A stretch of 63,814 bases of DNA, counting the filler. It is 5 parts of 5 records of this genome, joined end to end, with 100 filler letters (N's around TTAATTAATTAA, not from the genome) between each part and the next. Parts side by side here need not be neighbours in the genome. Positions count along the whole stretch, not along the records: positions 1 to 13,950 come from SRR20825019_577; 4 more parts are not named here. One strand, 5' to 3'. The position numbers were made by a program, and so were the translations under genes. This document shows positions 1-9,358 of this stretch, one piece after another; positions within the stretch are counted from its first letter, which is position 1, and each line of letters begins with the position of its first letter. The notes below the pieces were generated by a model. It was not told the origin of the DNA. It saw only the letters and a list, made by a program, of their open reading frames with translations, and ran no database searches.

Positions 1-1520
1 CGCTTGACGAGCAGCTTTGCCTCCAGCTCCTTGATCTCGGAAGCAAGGGAGCTGCGGACCACCTCGTTCTTCTCCCGCTGGGTGCGAAGGCTCTTGGTTT
101 GCTCCTCAATCTTAGTTTGTGTCTTCTGTTGACGGAGCTGCAGGTTTTGGACCTCTTGCTCCGAGTGTGACAGTGCGCGAGTAGCGCGGTCCAGATCAGC
201 ACGTACCTTCTCGCTTAGCTGTTCGATACGGGAGGTGGTCTCCATGAGGTAATTGGTGGTGCGACGCTCCTCCTCCCGTTGATTGCGGTACAGCTCGTCC
301 TCCTGGCTACGGTAAACATCGGCAAGGCTCTTAATGTTGTCCAGTAGTTCGTTGTGGGCATCCTTACCGGTGATCAGTGTCTTAGAGGTGGCACGGTCCT
401 TCTGGAGGATGGACTCGGCAAGCGCGGGTAGCTTGGCATTGAGCTCCTCAGCCTCCTCAAACCGCTCATTGTGGACCAGCTCATCAACACGAAGGTTCAA
501 TGCGTCAAACTCCTCAAGGGCGGCACGGCGGGCTGTGATGCCCTCACCAACACCACGAAGGAGAACTGAAAGCCGCTCCTCACTCGTACCTAGCTTACGC
601 TTGGCCGAGGCTAGCTCGCGGAGGTGTCGCTCATTCAAAGTCTCGTCCTCATCGTCAGAATGTTGGGGGGTTGTCTTGTGGGACGGTACCTCACTAACAT
701 CCTGCTTCTTAACATCCTCAAACTTAGCTACGGGATCCCCAAAGGTTGTAGGGGCTGCATCGAATGTGGCAGTTTCAAATCCCTGGCTCGGCTCAGCAGT
801 GTCTCCCCATCCACCGCCACCAGTCTCAAAGCCTGCATCCTCAGTGGCAAAACCTTCAGAGGCGAAGCCGCCCTCAGCGGCAGGGGCACCCCAGTCATCG
901 CCGCCTCCACCTCCCCAGCCAGCACCCTCAGCCTCTGGTGCGGCATCATTACCCCACCCACTGTCGACAACACTGTCAGTGGTCTCAGCGGCGCGCACAG
1001 GTGCGACCTCAGGGTGATCGACAAGGTATGGGTGTCCCTCGGGAAGGTCGAGGGTTCCGGTGGGCTCGGGGCCGTACTTCTCCTCTAGGGCCTTAAACAT
1101 CTCCACCTCCTTACCTTTGTAGCGGCTAAGAGCCACATCTACATCCGCAAGCTTCTCGGGGCGGTACTCGTTATAGAATCGTACAAGTCGTGCACGGTTG
1201 AGAGCAATCTCAGGGGCCTCAGTACCCTTGTAGGCAATGGCGGCGGCAACGGCGGCCTTCTTCTTCGACCGGGACAGACCACCTCCTGCAGCGGCAGCAG
1301 TCACGGGGGGCTCGGGCTCAGCAACGGCCTCGACAACGGGTGCAGACTCCGCCTCCGCCTTTCCCTTTCGGGCTCTACGGGGCTTGGTGACAGCCAAACC
1401 GCCGAAGAGGTCCTCACTCCCAGCCGCCTCAGACGCAGGTGCCTCAGCAGGGGGTGGCTGGGTTGGAGAATCTGCAGTTTTTTTTGTGGTGGGCTTACTC
1501 CCACCGAAGAAACCCATCAT
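1..1520 (-). CDS. Coiled-coil protein with a protist-type helical motif (RLVRFYNEYRPEKLADVDVALSRYKGKEVEMFKALEEKYGPEP); 3' end runs off the window
   Basis: Not in the ORF track because there is no stop in the window. Read manually from ATG at 1520 (MMGFFGGSKPTTKK...). An AG acceptor lies ~10 nt upstream, and the strand matches all neighbours. The C-terminal part is heptad-rich, with a UVR-like segment DELVHNERFEEAEELNAKL. Confidence 0.75.
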   Translation of the reverse strand, partial: MMGFFGGSKPTTKKTADSPTQPPPAEAPASEAAGSEDLFGGLAVTKPRRARKGKAEAESAPVVEAVAEPEPPVTAAAAGGGLSRSKKKAAVAAAIAYKGTEAPEIALNRARLVRFYNEYRPEKLADVDVALSRYKGKEVEMFKALEEKYGPEPTGTLDLPEGHPYLVDHPEVAPVRAAETTDSVVDSGWGNDAAPEAEGAGWGGGGGDDWGAPAAEGGFASEGFATEDAGFETGGGGWGDTAEPSQGFETATFDAAPTTFGDPVAKFEDVKKQDVSEVPSHKTTPQHSDDEDETLNERHLRELASAKRKLGTSEERLSVLLRGVGEGITARRAALEEFDALNLRVDELVHNERFEEAEELNAKLPALAESILQKDRATSKTLITGKDAHNELLDNIKSLADVYRSQEDELYRNQREEERRTTNYLMETTSRIEQLSEKVRADLDRATRALSHSEQEVQNLQLRQQKTQTKIEEQTKSLRTQREKNEVVRSSLASEIKELEAKLLVK

Positions 1521-1633
1521 TGGCAAATTCTACGGATAACAATAGTCACTATCAGGTCATATAGGTTAAGGCAAAATGAGATAATAATAATATACATAGT
1601 TCAATTTGTAATGCTCTACGATATCAACGGTTG

Positions 1634-3655
1634 TTACACTGAGAATCCGAGTAGGAGTCGGATGGGGTTCTGTTCGGCGTCCGCAACGTCCAATGGGTCC
1701 TCCTTCTTGTTGGCAGAGGCACCCTCAGAGCGTCGGACGGCAGCCCTCTCCAAGTCGGGTTGGTAGAGCTCCGCCGATAGGCCCCAGATACGCACCACTC
1801 CCCTGATGTCGCCTGTAGCGACAAGGCGGGGGTTGGCGGGGTTGAATGACACCCTGAGGACGGGGATACCGCTGGCAGTGCCCTCGGCAGGGGTTGTCTG
1901 AGAGGAGGAGGCATCAAGTGATACTACGGGCTTAGACTTGTCCTTCTCAAGGTCGTAAAGGTGAAGAGAAGAGTTACGTGACACACACGCAACCACACCT
2001 GGACGGAAGGGTGAGAACTGGGCGTCGTATAGGAAGTTGTTCTTTGTGGTAGCTCCGAAGGCAGTCTCGCCGCTGGTAGGTGGCTCGAGGCTGCGAAGAG
2101 CGTGGCGCTCGAGGACAGAGTATAGACGGATACAACCATCACTACTGCACGATAGGAAAACGTTCCTGAAGAAGGGGGAGCAGTCCACGGCATGGACTGG
2201 TCCGGTATGAGGGTCATAGGGATCAACGTCTAATGGGCGACATCCGTGGTCGTTGACAGGAAGAGCGGCGGATGTAACGCCAGGCTTGGTGCGAAGGATC
2301 TCACCCGTCTCTACTCCCAGCACCATAACGTTATCAACAGAGGGGGCAATACCCGCCGTCTTGACGAAGCTGAGACTCTGCACGCCAACAAGGGCACGCT
2401 TCTTGTTGTGGACCTCATATGCCGCAGCGCAGCATGACTCTTCGTCAGCACGGTCCTTGCCCAACTTACGAATACGGCGTCCGATGGTGGGGTTCCAAAA
2501 CAGCACTTTACCGTCCTGCGACGAGGAGCATAGAATGAAGGAGGATGAGGACTTTTGATTGGGGACAGAGGCGGTATTCATAAGCCATTGAAGATGGGTA
2601 ATGGGCTCCTTAACAGTGGCATGGGAACTGGCATTCTTGGTACCGCTCTCAACGGTTACGAGGCTGGTCATCTCGGGGGTGCTGTCACCATCGCCATCCC
2701 CACCGGCCAGGTTGCACACCAGCACTTCCCCATTGTAGGTACCGATGGCAAGAACCGAGGGCACTACGGGGTGGAAGGCAACGGCGGTGACGAATGCATC
2801 CGTCTCTAGCACCACATCGGCATTGTAATATGCTCCTCCCATACCCTCACCCGAGATTGCAGTGGAGGTGGATGAGGACGCCTTCGTGGCTACGTTCCAA
2901 ATGGAAACGAATCCCTTCTTCTTGCTCCAACCGACACAGTCAGTACGACCATATCCAACGGCGAGGGATGACCCTGTGGCATTCCAGCCCAAAGCTGTTA
3001 CATGGTAGTAGTTGACGAGACTCTCGTTGTCCTGATTACCATCCTCCTCTACCCGCTCAACCTTCTTCTTCTTTTTCTTGCTGACGGCAGCAGCAGCAGC
3101 CTCAGCGGCAGCGGTTGCAGCAGCTGTTGATGAGGTGGGAGGGTGCAGGGTGTAGGCGCATGAGATGGCCTCAAGCTTATCGGTAGACCAATTAGCATTG
3201 TACCCCTCATAGTGGTTAACGAGGTTGGTAAGGGGGTTCCCATCAGCCCCGGCAGGGCCTCCTGGGGCAGTGTTGTTGCGGAGTAGCACATCGTACAGCT
3301 CGTCGGCAACACCCTCTAGGAAGTCGGCAACCTCGTCCTCCTGGTAGTGGGGCTCCCCGTTAGTGGGGCGGTACACGTACTGCATACCCTCAATAGATGC
3401 AGATGGTACACAGTCACGACGCACATCGCCACCAACTGCCTTGTCTGAAGGGGGGACGGATCCCTCATCGTCGTCGGGCTTGGCACCAAGCATTGCGCTC
3501 AGAACAGTTTGGGTCTCGATTTCTGCGACACGTAGCTTTTCCGTCTGGGACTTTCCATTTGAGTATTCCTTGGCTTGTTGCCATGACGACTTAACATGGG
3601 TGTCTACTGACTGTAGCCCACCTGATATGGCGGTGTCGTGTTGGACGGCAGACAT
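1634..3655 (-). CDS. WDR34: WD40 dynein-2 (retrograde IFT) intermediate chain, WDR34/FAP133-like
   Basis: TALGWNATGSSLAVGYGRTDCVGWS resembles the WDR34 signature; repeats such as AVDCSPFFRNVFLSCSSDGCIRLY and DAQFSPFRPGVVAC are typical of dynein intermediate chains. Confidence 0.8.
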   Translation of the reverse strand: MSAVQHDTAISGGLQSVDTHVKSSWQQAKEYSNGKSQTEKLRVAEIETQTVLSAMLGAKPDDDEGSVPPSDKAVGGDVRRDCVPSASIEGMQYVYRPTNGEPHYQEDEVADFLEGVADELYDVLLRNNTAPGGPAGADGNPLTNLVNHYEGYNANWSTDKLEAISCAYTLHPPTSSTAAATAAAEAAAAAVSKKKKKKVERVEEDGNQDNESLVNYYHVTALGWNATGSSLAVGYGRTDCVGWSKKKGFVSIWNVATKASSSTSTAISGEGMGGAYYNADVVLETDAFVTAVAFHPVVPSVLAIGTYNGEVLVCNLAGGDGDGDSTPEMTSLVTVESGTKNASSHATVKEPITHLQWLMNTASVPNQKSSSSFILCSSSQDGKVLFWNPTIGRRIRKLGKDRADEESCCAAAYEVHNKKRALVGVQSLSFVKTAGIAPSVDNVMVLGVETGEILRTKPGVTSAALPVNDHGCRPLDVDPYDPHTGPVHAVDCSPFFRNVFLSCSSDGCIRLYSVLERHALRSLEPPTSGETAFGATTKNNFLYDAQFSPFRPGVVACVSRNSSLHLYDLEKDKSKPVVSLDASSSQTTPAEGTASGIPVLRVSFNPANPRLVATGDIRGVVRIWGLSAELYQPDLERAAVRRSEGASANKKEDPLDVADAEQNPIRLLLGFSV

Positions 3656-3761
3656 TAAATCTACTTATTGAATATTGAAGGGGATTAAATATGACAAATA
3701 CAGTGAATACGTCATGATATCAAAAACCCACATATGACGAAGAGGTTACATTAAAAAGTTA

Positions 3762-4148
3762 CTATTTTGATTTCCTATCCTTCGCTGACTTGGCGAGGGC
3801 GGCCCTATTATCCTCCCTTTCCTTCTCGGCCTGAATCCTCGACAACTGGAACACTACCGGCATACCGGGCTGGGGGGACTTGGGTGTGTGCAGCATTTGA
3901 AGGAACGATCCAGCCCTCTCTAGTACGAACCTCTGCCTGTCAGGGTCAGACTCCTCGCGGTGTGCCCTCCAGGAGTCGACCGTCCGCTTCTTTAAAAACC
4001 TCTTTGCGTGTCTAGATTTGACGGTGATGTCAATAGAGCGGTAAATCATCCTCAACAGGCTGTAGGGGGTGTCGATGCTAAGCTGTTGCTGCTGCCCAGT
4101 GGGGGCGTGGGGAACAGGCGAAAAACGCGACATTGAAGTGCGGAACAT
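3762..4148 (-). CDS. Small basic protein, LYR-motif-like, possibly mitochondrial
   Basis: 128 aa; N-terminus MFRTSMSRF resembles a presequence; LRMIYRSI is LYR-like, followed by a helical segment. Confidence 0.5.
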   Translation of the reverse strand: MFRTSMSRFSPVPHAPTGQQQQLSIDTPYSLLRMIYRSIDITVKSRHAKRFLKKRTVDSWRAHREESDPDRQRFVLERAGSFLQMLHTPKSPQPGMPVVFQLSRIQAEKEREDNRAALAKSAKDRKSK

Positions 4149-4255
4149 ATTGCTAAATTACCTTTGATTATTAGGAGGGCAAAAGTAAACTACTCAACTA
4201 CACTTTATAATAAACTCCCTACTGAAACAATATTCAAATGAATGTGCAATCAAGA

Positions 4256-5233
4256 TTAGTGCAGGCATATAATTTCGTAATGGCCCGGTCGATAGAGGAC
4301 CGCTACATTGGGCCCCTCGGGGTTGGAGAAGAGGGGCTCCTTCATTACCCCATTCAGTTGGCCGGCCATCCCTGCCAGCACCGATCCATCAAATGAGTGT
4401 ACTTGGCACTTCATACTGCCCCTCTCTACCTCCTCCATGGCATTGTTGTCGAGGTATACAACCTCTACTCGCAGATTGAATAGGGCACACAGGGAAAGGA
4501 TGTGGAATTGGTCGGAGTCTACACCAACAGGTTCGACCTGTGATTCACAGAAGGCGTCGACAATACCCTGATCACTACCATCGGCAATGGCATTGAGGAT
4601 TTTGGTCTGGGCGGCAGGTGACAGGCTGTCCATGTCCGTACCAGCGATAAAGGGGGAGAAGGCGGCGGCATGTCCCCGCAGGAACCACGACTGGGCCATC
4701 CTCAAGAAGTAGATCAGGTAGTCGGCAGTCCCCTTGACAGATACGGCATCCATCACCACCTTGGCAACATTGGGTGTACCAACGGCCTTAAGTACCTCAT
4801 CGATGGTCTCCTCTGTCACTTCAACAAAGTCTTCCATATAGTCCCCAAACTGCTGCACCAGGGGTGCCTTGATGGCGGATACGTACTCACGGAGTGTGGT
4901 GCCTGCCTTACCTCCCGCTGCCGCATCAACAGCGATGCCCTCTAGTAGGTGGTAGAGGAAGCTACGCAAGAAGCAGTTTCCGTCGCCTGCTACCTCCCTG
5001 ATGCCCTTGTACGAGGGTTGCCCAAATACCCAGCGCAGCTTACTTTGGAACATGGGGTTGCAATCGTTGAAGTTGGTCAATTTGGTAGGGTCAGCTATAA
5101 CTGGCCCAACGACGTGAGATGAGCGAAGGGCACCTTCTGCAGCGATGGCGCTCCTCTGTGCATCAAGACACGCTAGAATATCAGGCTCAGTGGAGGGGGC
5201 CTCGATGGGTTGTTGGGTAGGCTCCTGGCTCAT
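4256..5233 (-). CDS. Otubain-type deubiquitinase (peptidase C65)
   Basis: Catalytic Cys motif IREVAGDGNCFLRSF and His motif LYRPGHYEI. Confidence 0.92.
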   Translation of the reverse strand: MSQEPTQQPIEAPSTEPDILACLDAQRSAIAAEGALRSSHVVGPVIADPTKLTNFNDCNPMFQSKLRWVFGQPSYKGIREVAGDGNCFLRSFLYHLLEGIAVDAAAGGKAGTTLREYVSAIKAPLVQQFGDYMEDFVEVTEETIDEVLKAVGTPNVAKVVMDAVSVKGTADYLIYFLRMAQSWFLRGHAAAFSPFIAGTDMDSLSPAAQTKILNAIADGSDQGIVDAFCESQVEPVGVDSDQFHILSLCALFNLRVEVVYLDNNAMEEVERGSMKCQVHSFDGSVLAGMAGQLNGVMKEPLFSNPEGPNVAVLYRPGHYEIICLH

Positions 5234-5464
5234 TTACAGGTGTATGTTAATGACAGTAGATCTAAAATGAAAGGGAATTTTCAGACATAAATAAATACCT
5301 TGGTATCAACATATATTACACATGAAGAGAGAGTGAAGAGGTGTAGGTTGTTATAAGGTTCGGCAGGTTAGTTGTTAACACTACGGCGCTACTTACGCCA
5401 CCTGAAGGACCCGTGAAGATGGCCCACGCGACCCCTCCTACTCTTTACGTACATGTTAACGCAA

Positions 5465-6487
5465 CTATAGCTTGGCGTTCTTGCTGTAGAGGACAGCCTC
5501 GCGGTACTTGTACTTCTCCGACACCTGCTGGGCTAAAGCAGCCAGCTCGGGGGAGGCACTGCATACCATGGCCTTGTCCATCATGTCGAAGTCACGCTCG
5601 GACTGCTCAGGGGTAAGGTCGCCCTTCTTGTAGATGGGGGCGACGATACCACCAGCCTCCCTAACAATGATGGTAGCGGCACAAGTATCCCAAGCCTGGA
5701 TTCCGGTCTCAAAGTAGAGGTCAAGACGACCGCATGCAACGGAGCACATATCCATGGCAGCGGAGCCGTACCCACGAATTCCGTGGCAGCGACGCTGAGC
5801 GAACTCCTTGGTGACGCCCATAATGGCGTCGATGGCGGCGTTGCTACGGTTGTAGCTGGTGTGGATGCAGACGAGGGCCTTGGTGACGTCCTTGCAAGCA
5901 GACACGCGGCAGGGGATTCCGTTGCAGAACGAGCCCTTTCCACGGATGCCCCAGAACACCTCCTTCATGATGGGAAGGTTGACAACACCCATGACGGGCT
6001 TCTTGTTGACGGAGAGGCCAATGCTCACACCACAGTCGAAGGAACCGTGGACGAAGCTGGTAGTGCCATCGATGGGATCGACCACCCAGGTGGGCTCGTC
6101 GAGGAGAGGCTCATCGGCCTTGGACTCCTCGCTGAGGACACGGAAAGGAACGGTACCGTCCTTATTAGCCTTGGAGCCGGTGCTACCTCCGACTACGGAG
6201 TCAGCACGCTGGACACCCTCACGGCGACGGCGCATGTTGAAAAGGTCGCACTCCTCTTTGAGGGTGGCAAGGACGATATCCTCACACTTCCTGTCATACT
6301 GGGTGACAAGGTCGACGGAGTAGGCCTTCTCATCAATTTCAAGGGGCATGGTGGCACGCTTGTCAATGCACTCGCGGATGAGAGAAGCGGCCTTGGCAGC
6401 GGCAATCTTGGCCGCCTCAAGGAGCACCTCGAGGTCATAGGGGGTAAGGCCCCACTCAGCGAGCTCCTCCATCAGGGCCACGGGCAT
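5465..6487 (-). CDS. Inositol monophosphatase
   Basis: Motifs DLVTQYD, SEE, WVVDPIDGTTSFVHG, GSAAMDMCSVACG and WDTCAATIIVREAGG. Confidence 0.95.
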   Translation of the reverse strand: MPVALMEELAEWGLTPYDLEVLLEAAKIAAAKAASLIRECIDKRATMPLEIDEKAYSVDLVTQYDRKCEDIVLATLKEECDLFNMRRRREGVQRADSVVGGSTGSKANKDGTVPFRVLSEESKADEPLLDEPTWVVDPIDGTTSFVHGSFDCGVSIGLSVNKKPVMGVVNLPIMKEVFWGIRGKGSFCNGIPCRVSACKDVTKALVCIHTSYNRSNAAIDAIMGVTKEFAQRRCHGIRGYGSAAMDMCSVACGRLDLYFETGIQAWDTCAATIIVREAGGIVAPIYKKGDLTPEQSERDFDMMDKAMVCSASPELAALAQQVSEKYKYREAVLYSKNAKL

Positions 6488-6610
6488 AGAGATGTGTAAA
6501 ATACTAAAATGGGATGGAAGGAACGTAATTCACATGATGTAAAAAATAATAATAAACATAGCGGCATAAGAGCACATCAATTTTAAAATGGTGCGAATTT
6601 ACTAACCTAC

Positions 6611-6883
6611 CTAGGGCTTGATCTGGCGGCAGTCCTCTCGTCGACACCACTCGTCCTCCTTCTTGGGCTCGGAGCACAGGGGGCAGTAGTACCAGTCGGT
6701 TTGCTTCATGTGTCCCTCCTTCCAGGCAGTGCCATAGTATTTCTTAGAAATCTCGAAGTGGCTTCTCTTCTTCTTGGGGGTTCCTCCCTTGTTTCCTAGT
6801 AAGATGGCGGTGGTGGCCAGCGCCCTATATTGTACCGAGGTGATAGCGCCCGAAGAAAAGGGCACCGCTACTCGACGAATCAT
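6611..6883 (-). CDS. Mitochondrial ribosomal protein bL32-like zinc-finger protein
   Basis: The true start is probably ATG 6883 (MIRRVAV..., just after a CCTAG acceptor). TPKKKRSH followed by CPLCSEPK-x5-C-x4-C parallels the bL32 pattern AVPKKK...CPxCGEPK...CxxC. Confidence 0.6.
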   Translation of the reverse strand: MIRRVAVPFSSGAITSVQYRALATTAILLGNKGGTPKKKRSHFEISKKYYGTAWKEGHMKQTDWYYCPLCSEPKKEDEWCRREDCRQIKP

Positions 6884-7017
6884 TGATTTAGACGTGCTAC
6901 TAGGAAAAAGGAGAGGGGGGTATGAACGTAGCACAGCAGTATCATATTGTCGTTAAGACATAACAGACAAGTGAAAGTGGGCGATAATAATAATAGTCAT
7001 GTAGTGATATCTAATAA

Positions 7018-7758
7018 TTAACGACGACCGCTGATCAGTCGGTTCCGCCTGTGGAGCTCCTTAGCGTATCCAGGCTGTAGCTTGGCCATTACAAGCTTGA
7101 GGACCGCAATAACTACGAACATGGCCACCACGTACCGCACCTTGTGGGTGATCACGCTCTGCCACCCCTTCTCGCCCTCCTCCTTGACTAGTAGGTAGGT
7201 GGTGGCGGTGGTGTGCTCCTCGCTGCCCACCACGGAGTTAAACACAGTGAACATTATTTGAGAGGGCACGGCCGCAATAGAGCACAGCTTGGCACCAACA
7301 CATGCCCCTGACCAGGTCCACATGAAACCGTTTGCGTGAATGGAATCGAACACCATAACATCCAGGACGATGGAGTGGCCGGCTATGGATAGGGGCTCCT
7401 TTGTGTACCTCTCCTCGTTATGCAGCACATGGGCGTTATCACCAGGGTTGGCACTAGTCTGGTCTCCAACGTTAATAGTGAAGGCGGTGTACTTGCCAAC
7501 AAAAGTTTCATCCGCATCGGACGATACGACGCTTCCCGACCATGTACCGTTCATCAAGTTCGCAGCCGAGAAGGGAGGTGGGGACATGCTCCAGAATGCC
7601 AGGATGGCAATGGCGCCGATGCCGACGATAACAATAATGGCGGTGGCTAGATTGGACACCTTGGGGGGAGGGGGTACCCTGGGGGCAGCAGTGGCCTTCT
7701 TACCCAGCAGGAATTGGCGGGCTGCATCGTTAGCCGACATGGTCTTCTTGGCCTGCAT
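7018..7758 (-). CDS. Hypothetical membrane protein (two predicted TM helices)
   Basis: Hydrophobic stretches LATAIIVIVGIGAIAILAFW and YVVAMFVVIAVLKLVM. Start moved to ATG 7758, after a pyrimidine tract plus AG. Confidence 0.65.
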   Translation of the reverse strand: MQAKKTMSANDAARQFLLGKKATAAPRVPPPPKVSNLATAIIVIVGIGAIAILAFWSMSPPPFSAANLMNGTWSGSVVSSDADETFVGKYTAFTINVGDQTSANPGDNAHVLHNEERYTKEPLSIAGHSIVLDVMVFDSIHANGFMWTWSGACVGAKLCSIAAVPSQIMFTVFNSVVGSEEHTTATTYLLVKEEGEKGWQSVITHKVRYVVAMFVVIAVLKLVMAKLQPGYAKELHRRNRLISGRR

Positions 7759-7884
7759 TGTGTAATACTGATAGGGAGGGAGGTAATATTTGATAGAAAG
7801 TTCATAATATTTGACAAACAAAGTCAGTATTGTAGAATCAATAATGTAGAAGTCTAGAAGTATACAATTATAATAATAAGTTGG

Positions 7885-8199
7885 CTAAGGACTGTCGAGT
7901 TTAGCCTTCTTCTTCATTTGCGATAGTTCAGCAGTTTCTTGAAGCCTCCTTTCTTCCCGTGCGGATGCCAGACGTGTCTTGTACTTCTCAAGTGCAGTAT
8001 TGTAAACGGAATTGTAGGAGGCTACCATAGCATCCTTATCCAGCAGGGATGAGTAGTCAGCAGGGGGGTATGGCTCGGTGCGGGGGGCGATGATGGGGAG
8101 GTCCCTATCAACCCTATCCTTCACCTCACTGTACGGTATCGATGGGGTCCATGCGAACCGCTCATCGATGGCCTGCCTCCTAGCCTCTAAGTCAGACAT
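7885..8199 (-). CDS. Hypothetical protein (104 aa)
   Basis: The ORF fills the gap between AT-rich spacers, on the array strand, with the acceptor CCCCCGTAG just upstream. Confidence 0.65.
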   Translation of the reverse strand: MSDLEARRQAIDERFAWTPSIPYSEVKDRVDRDLPIIAPRTEPYPPADYSSLLDKDAMVASYNSVYNTALEKYKTRLASAREERRLQETAELSQMKKKAKLDSP

Positions 8200-8305
8200 G
8201 TGTTAGCTACGGGGGATGGAAATATATAAAGATTTTTGCGTAAAATGAAATGTTTAAAAAGAGGGTCAATAATATTGTAAACTTCATAAATGTTAGTTCT
8301 ATTCA

Positions 8306-9148
8306 TTAGATACGTGTGCAGAGGGCGGTTGCTACCACCACGCACAGCAGGGCAATGGCCCCCACCCACATACAGACGGGCACCGAGAAGACACTCCTTT
8401 TAGACTGCCTCACGGGCCCGAATGCCGAGTGGTGGAAGTGCTCTCCGAAAGTGGGCTGGGAGGGACACCTGAGTTGGTTCGATATGTCCTCAGCAGTGCA
8501 GGACTCCAGGGCTAAGAGTGGATCCGCATCGTCTTTACCTAATAGGGCGATGGCATTGAAAGAGAAGAAATTACCCCCCGCCGCTGCCTTCCTCTGTACA
8601 TTTACCCTATCCCTCGGCACTGCATTGACAGCCTCCATAAAGGCCGATGAGAGTACTACGGGCCTGGGGGCGGCCACTGGGGCAGGGGCTTGAGCCAACT
8701 CCTCAAGGGTGGTACCGTTACGCCTAGCAGTGCGCTCCTTTTGCTGCACTGCCTTCTTGGCTTCGGCGGGAGTCATGCCCTCAGCAATGTAGGCAGCTAG
8801 TGCCTGCTGATGGGCTGCCTTTCGCTGCTGGATCTCGTCGTTGGACAGCTTAGGCTTCTCAACCCACTTGTGTACTCCCCGGTTGGGATTAGCAGTGTCC
8901 TCCATGTCACCCATAGCATGGGTTGGGGCCTTGGTGGCAGTGGTGGTAGTAGGCTGCTGTGCGGCCCGTTGGGGAGACTTACTCCTATCGTTGGCCACCT
9001 CCTCCTGTGGAGAGGAGGGGGATGGCTGATGGGGAGGTGGGCTCATACCGCCCCGTAGCATGCCACTGGGCATGGGAGACAGCTCCTTGGTGTCGGCCCT
9101 AGATGGTCCACGGGAGGTCCTTGCCGAGCTCGTTCTCTTTGGTGGCAT
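8306..9148 (-). CDS. Hypothetical tail-anchored protein
   Basis: Disordered N-terminus and a C-terminal hydrophobic helix VPVCMWVGAIALLCVVVATALC. Confidence 0.65.
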   Translation of the reverse strand: MPPKRTSSARTSRGPSRADTKELSPMPSGMLRGGMSPPPHQPSPSSPQEEVANDRSKSPQRAAQQPTTTTATKAPTHAMGDMEDTANPNRGVHKWVEKPKLSNDEIQQRKAAHQQALAAYIAEGMTPAEAKKAVQQKERTARRNGTTLEELAQAPAPVAAPRPVVLSSAFMEAVNAVPRDRVNVQRKAAAGGNFFSFNAIALLGKDDADPLLALESCTAEDISNQLRCPSQPTFGEHFHHSAFGPVRQSKRSVFSVPVCMWVGAIALLCVVVATALCTRI

Positions 9149-9358
9149 ATAATCTAAAAGGGGTAACTACACATTAACATATTCATAGTTACTAATAATT
9201 GATAACATTCAGAGCAAAGGTATGAGTAATATGAACTTTAATATCATAGGATATATGTATGTGTGATCCTCGGTGTAAGGATACGGTTCAAGTTGCACTA
9301 GTCATAATTGTGACTGGAAAATACGTTATTGGCAGGTGTTTGTATGTCGGCGTTTTTA

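Noticed and set aside
334-1539. Plus-strand ORFs 334-1017, 624-1088, 764-1096 and 1237-1539
   Set aside because: Antisense shadows of the real minus-strand gene (1-1520), which the ORF track missed.
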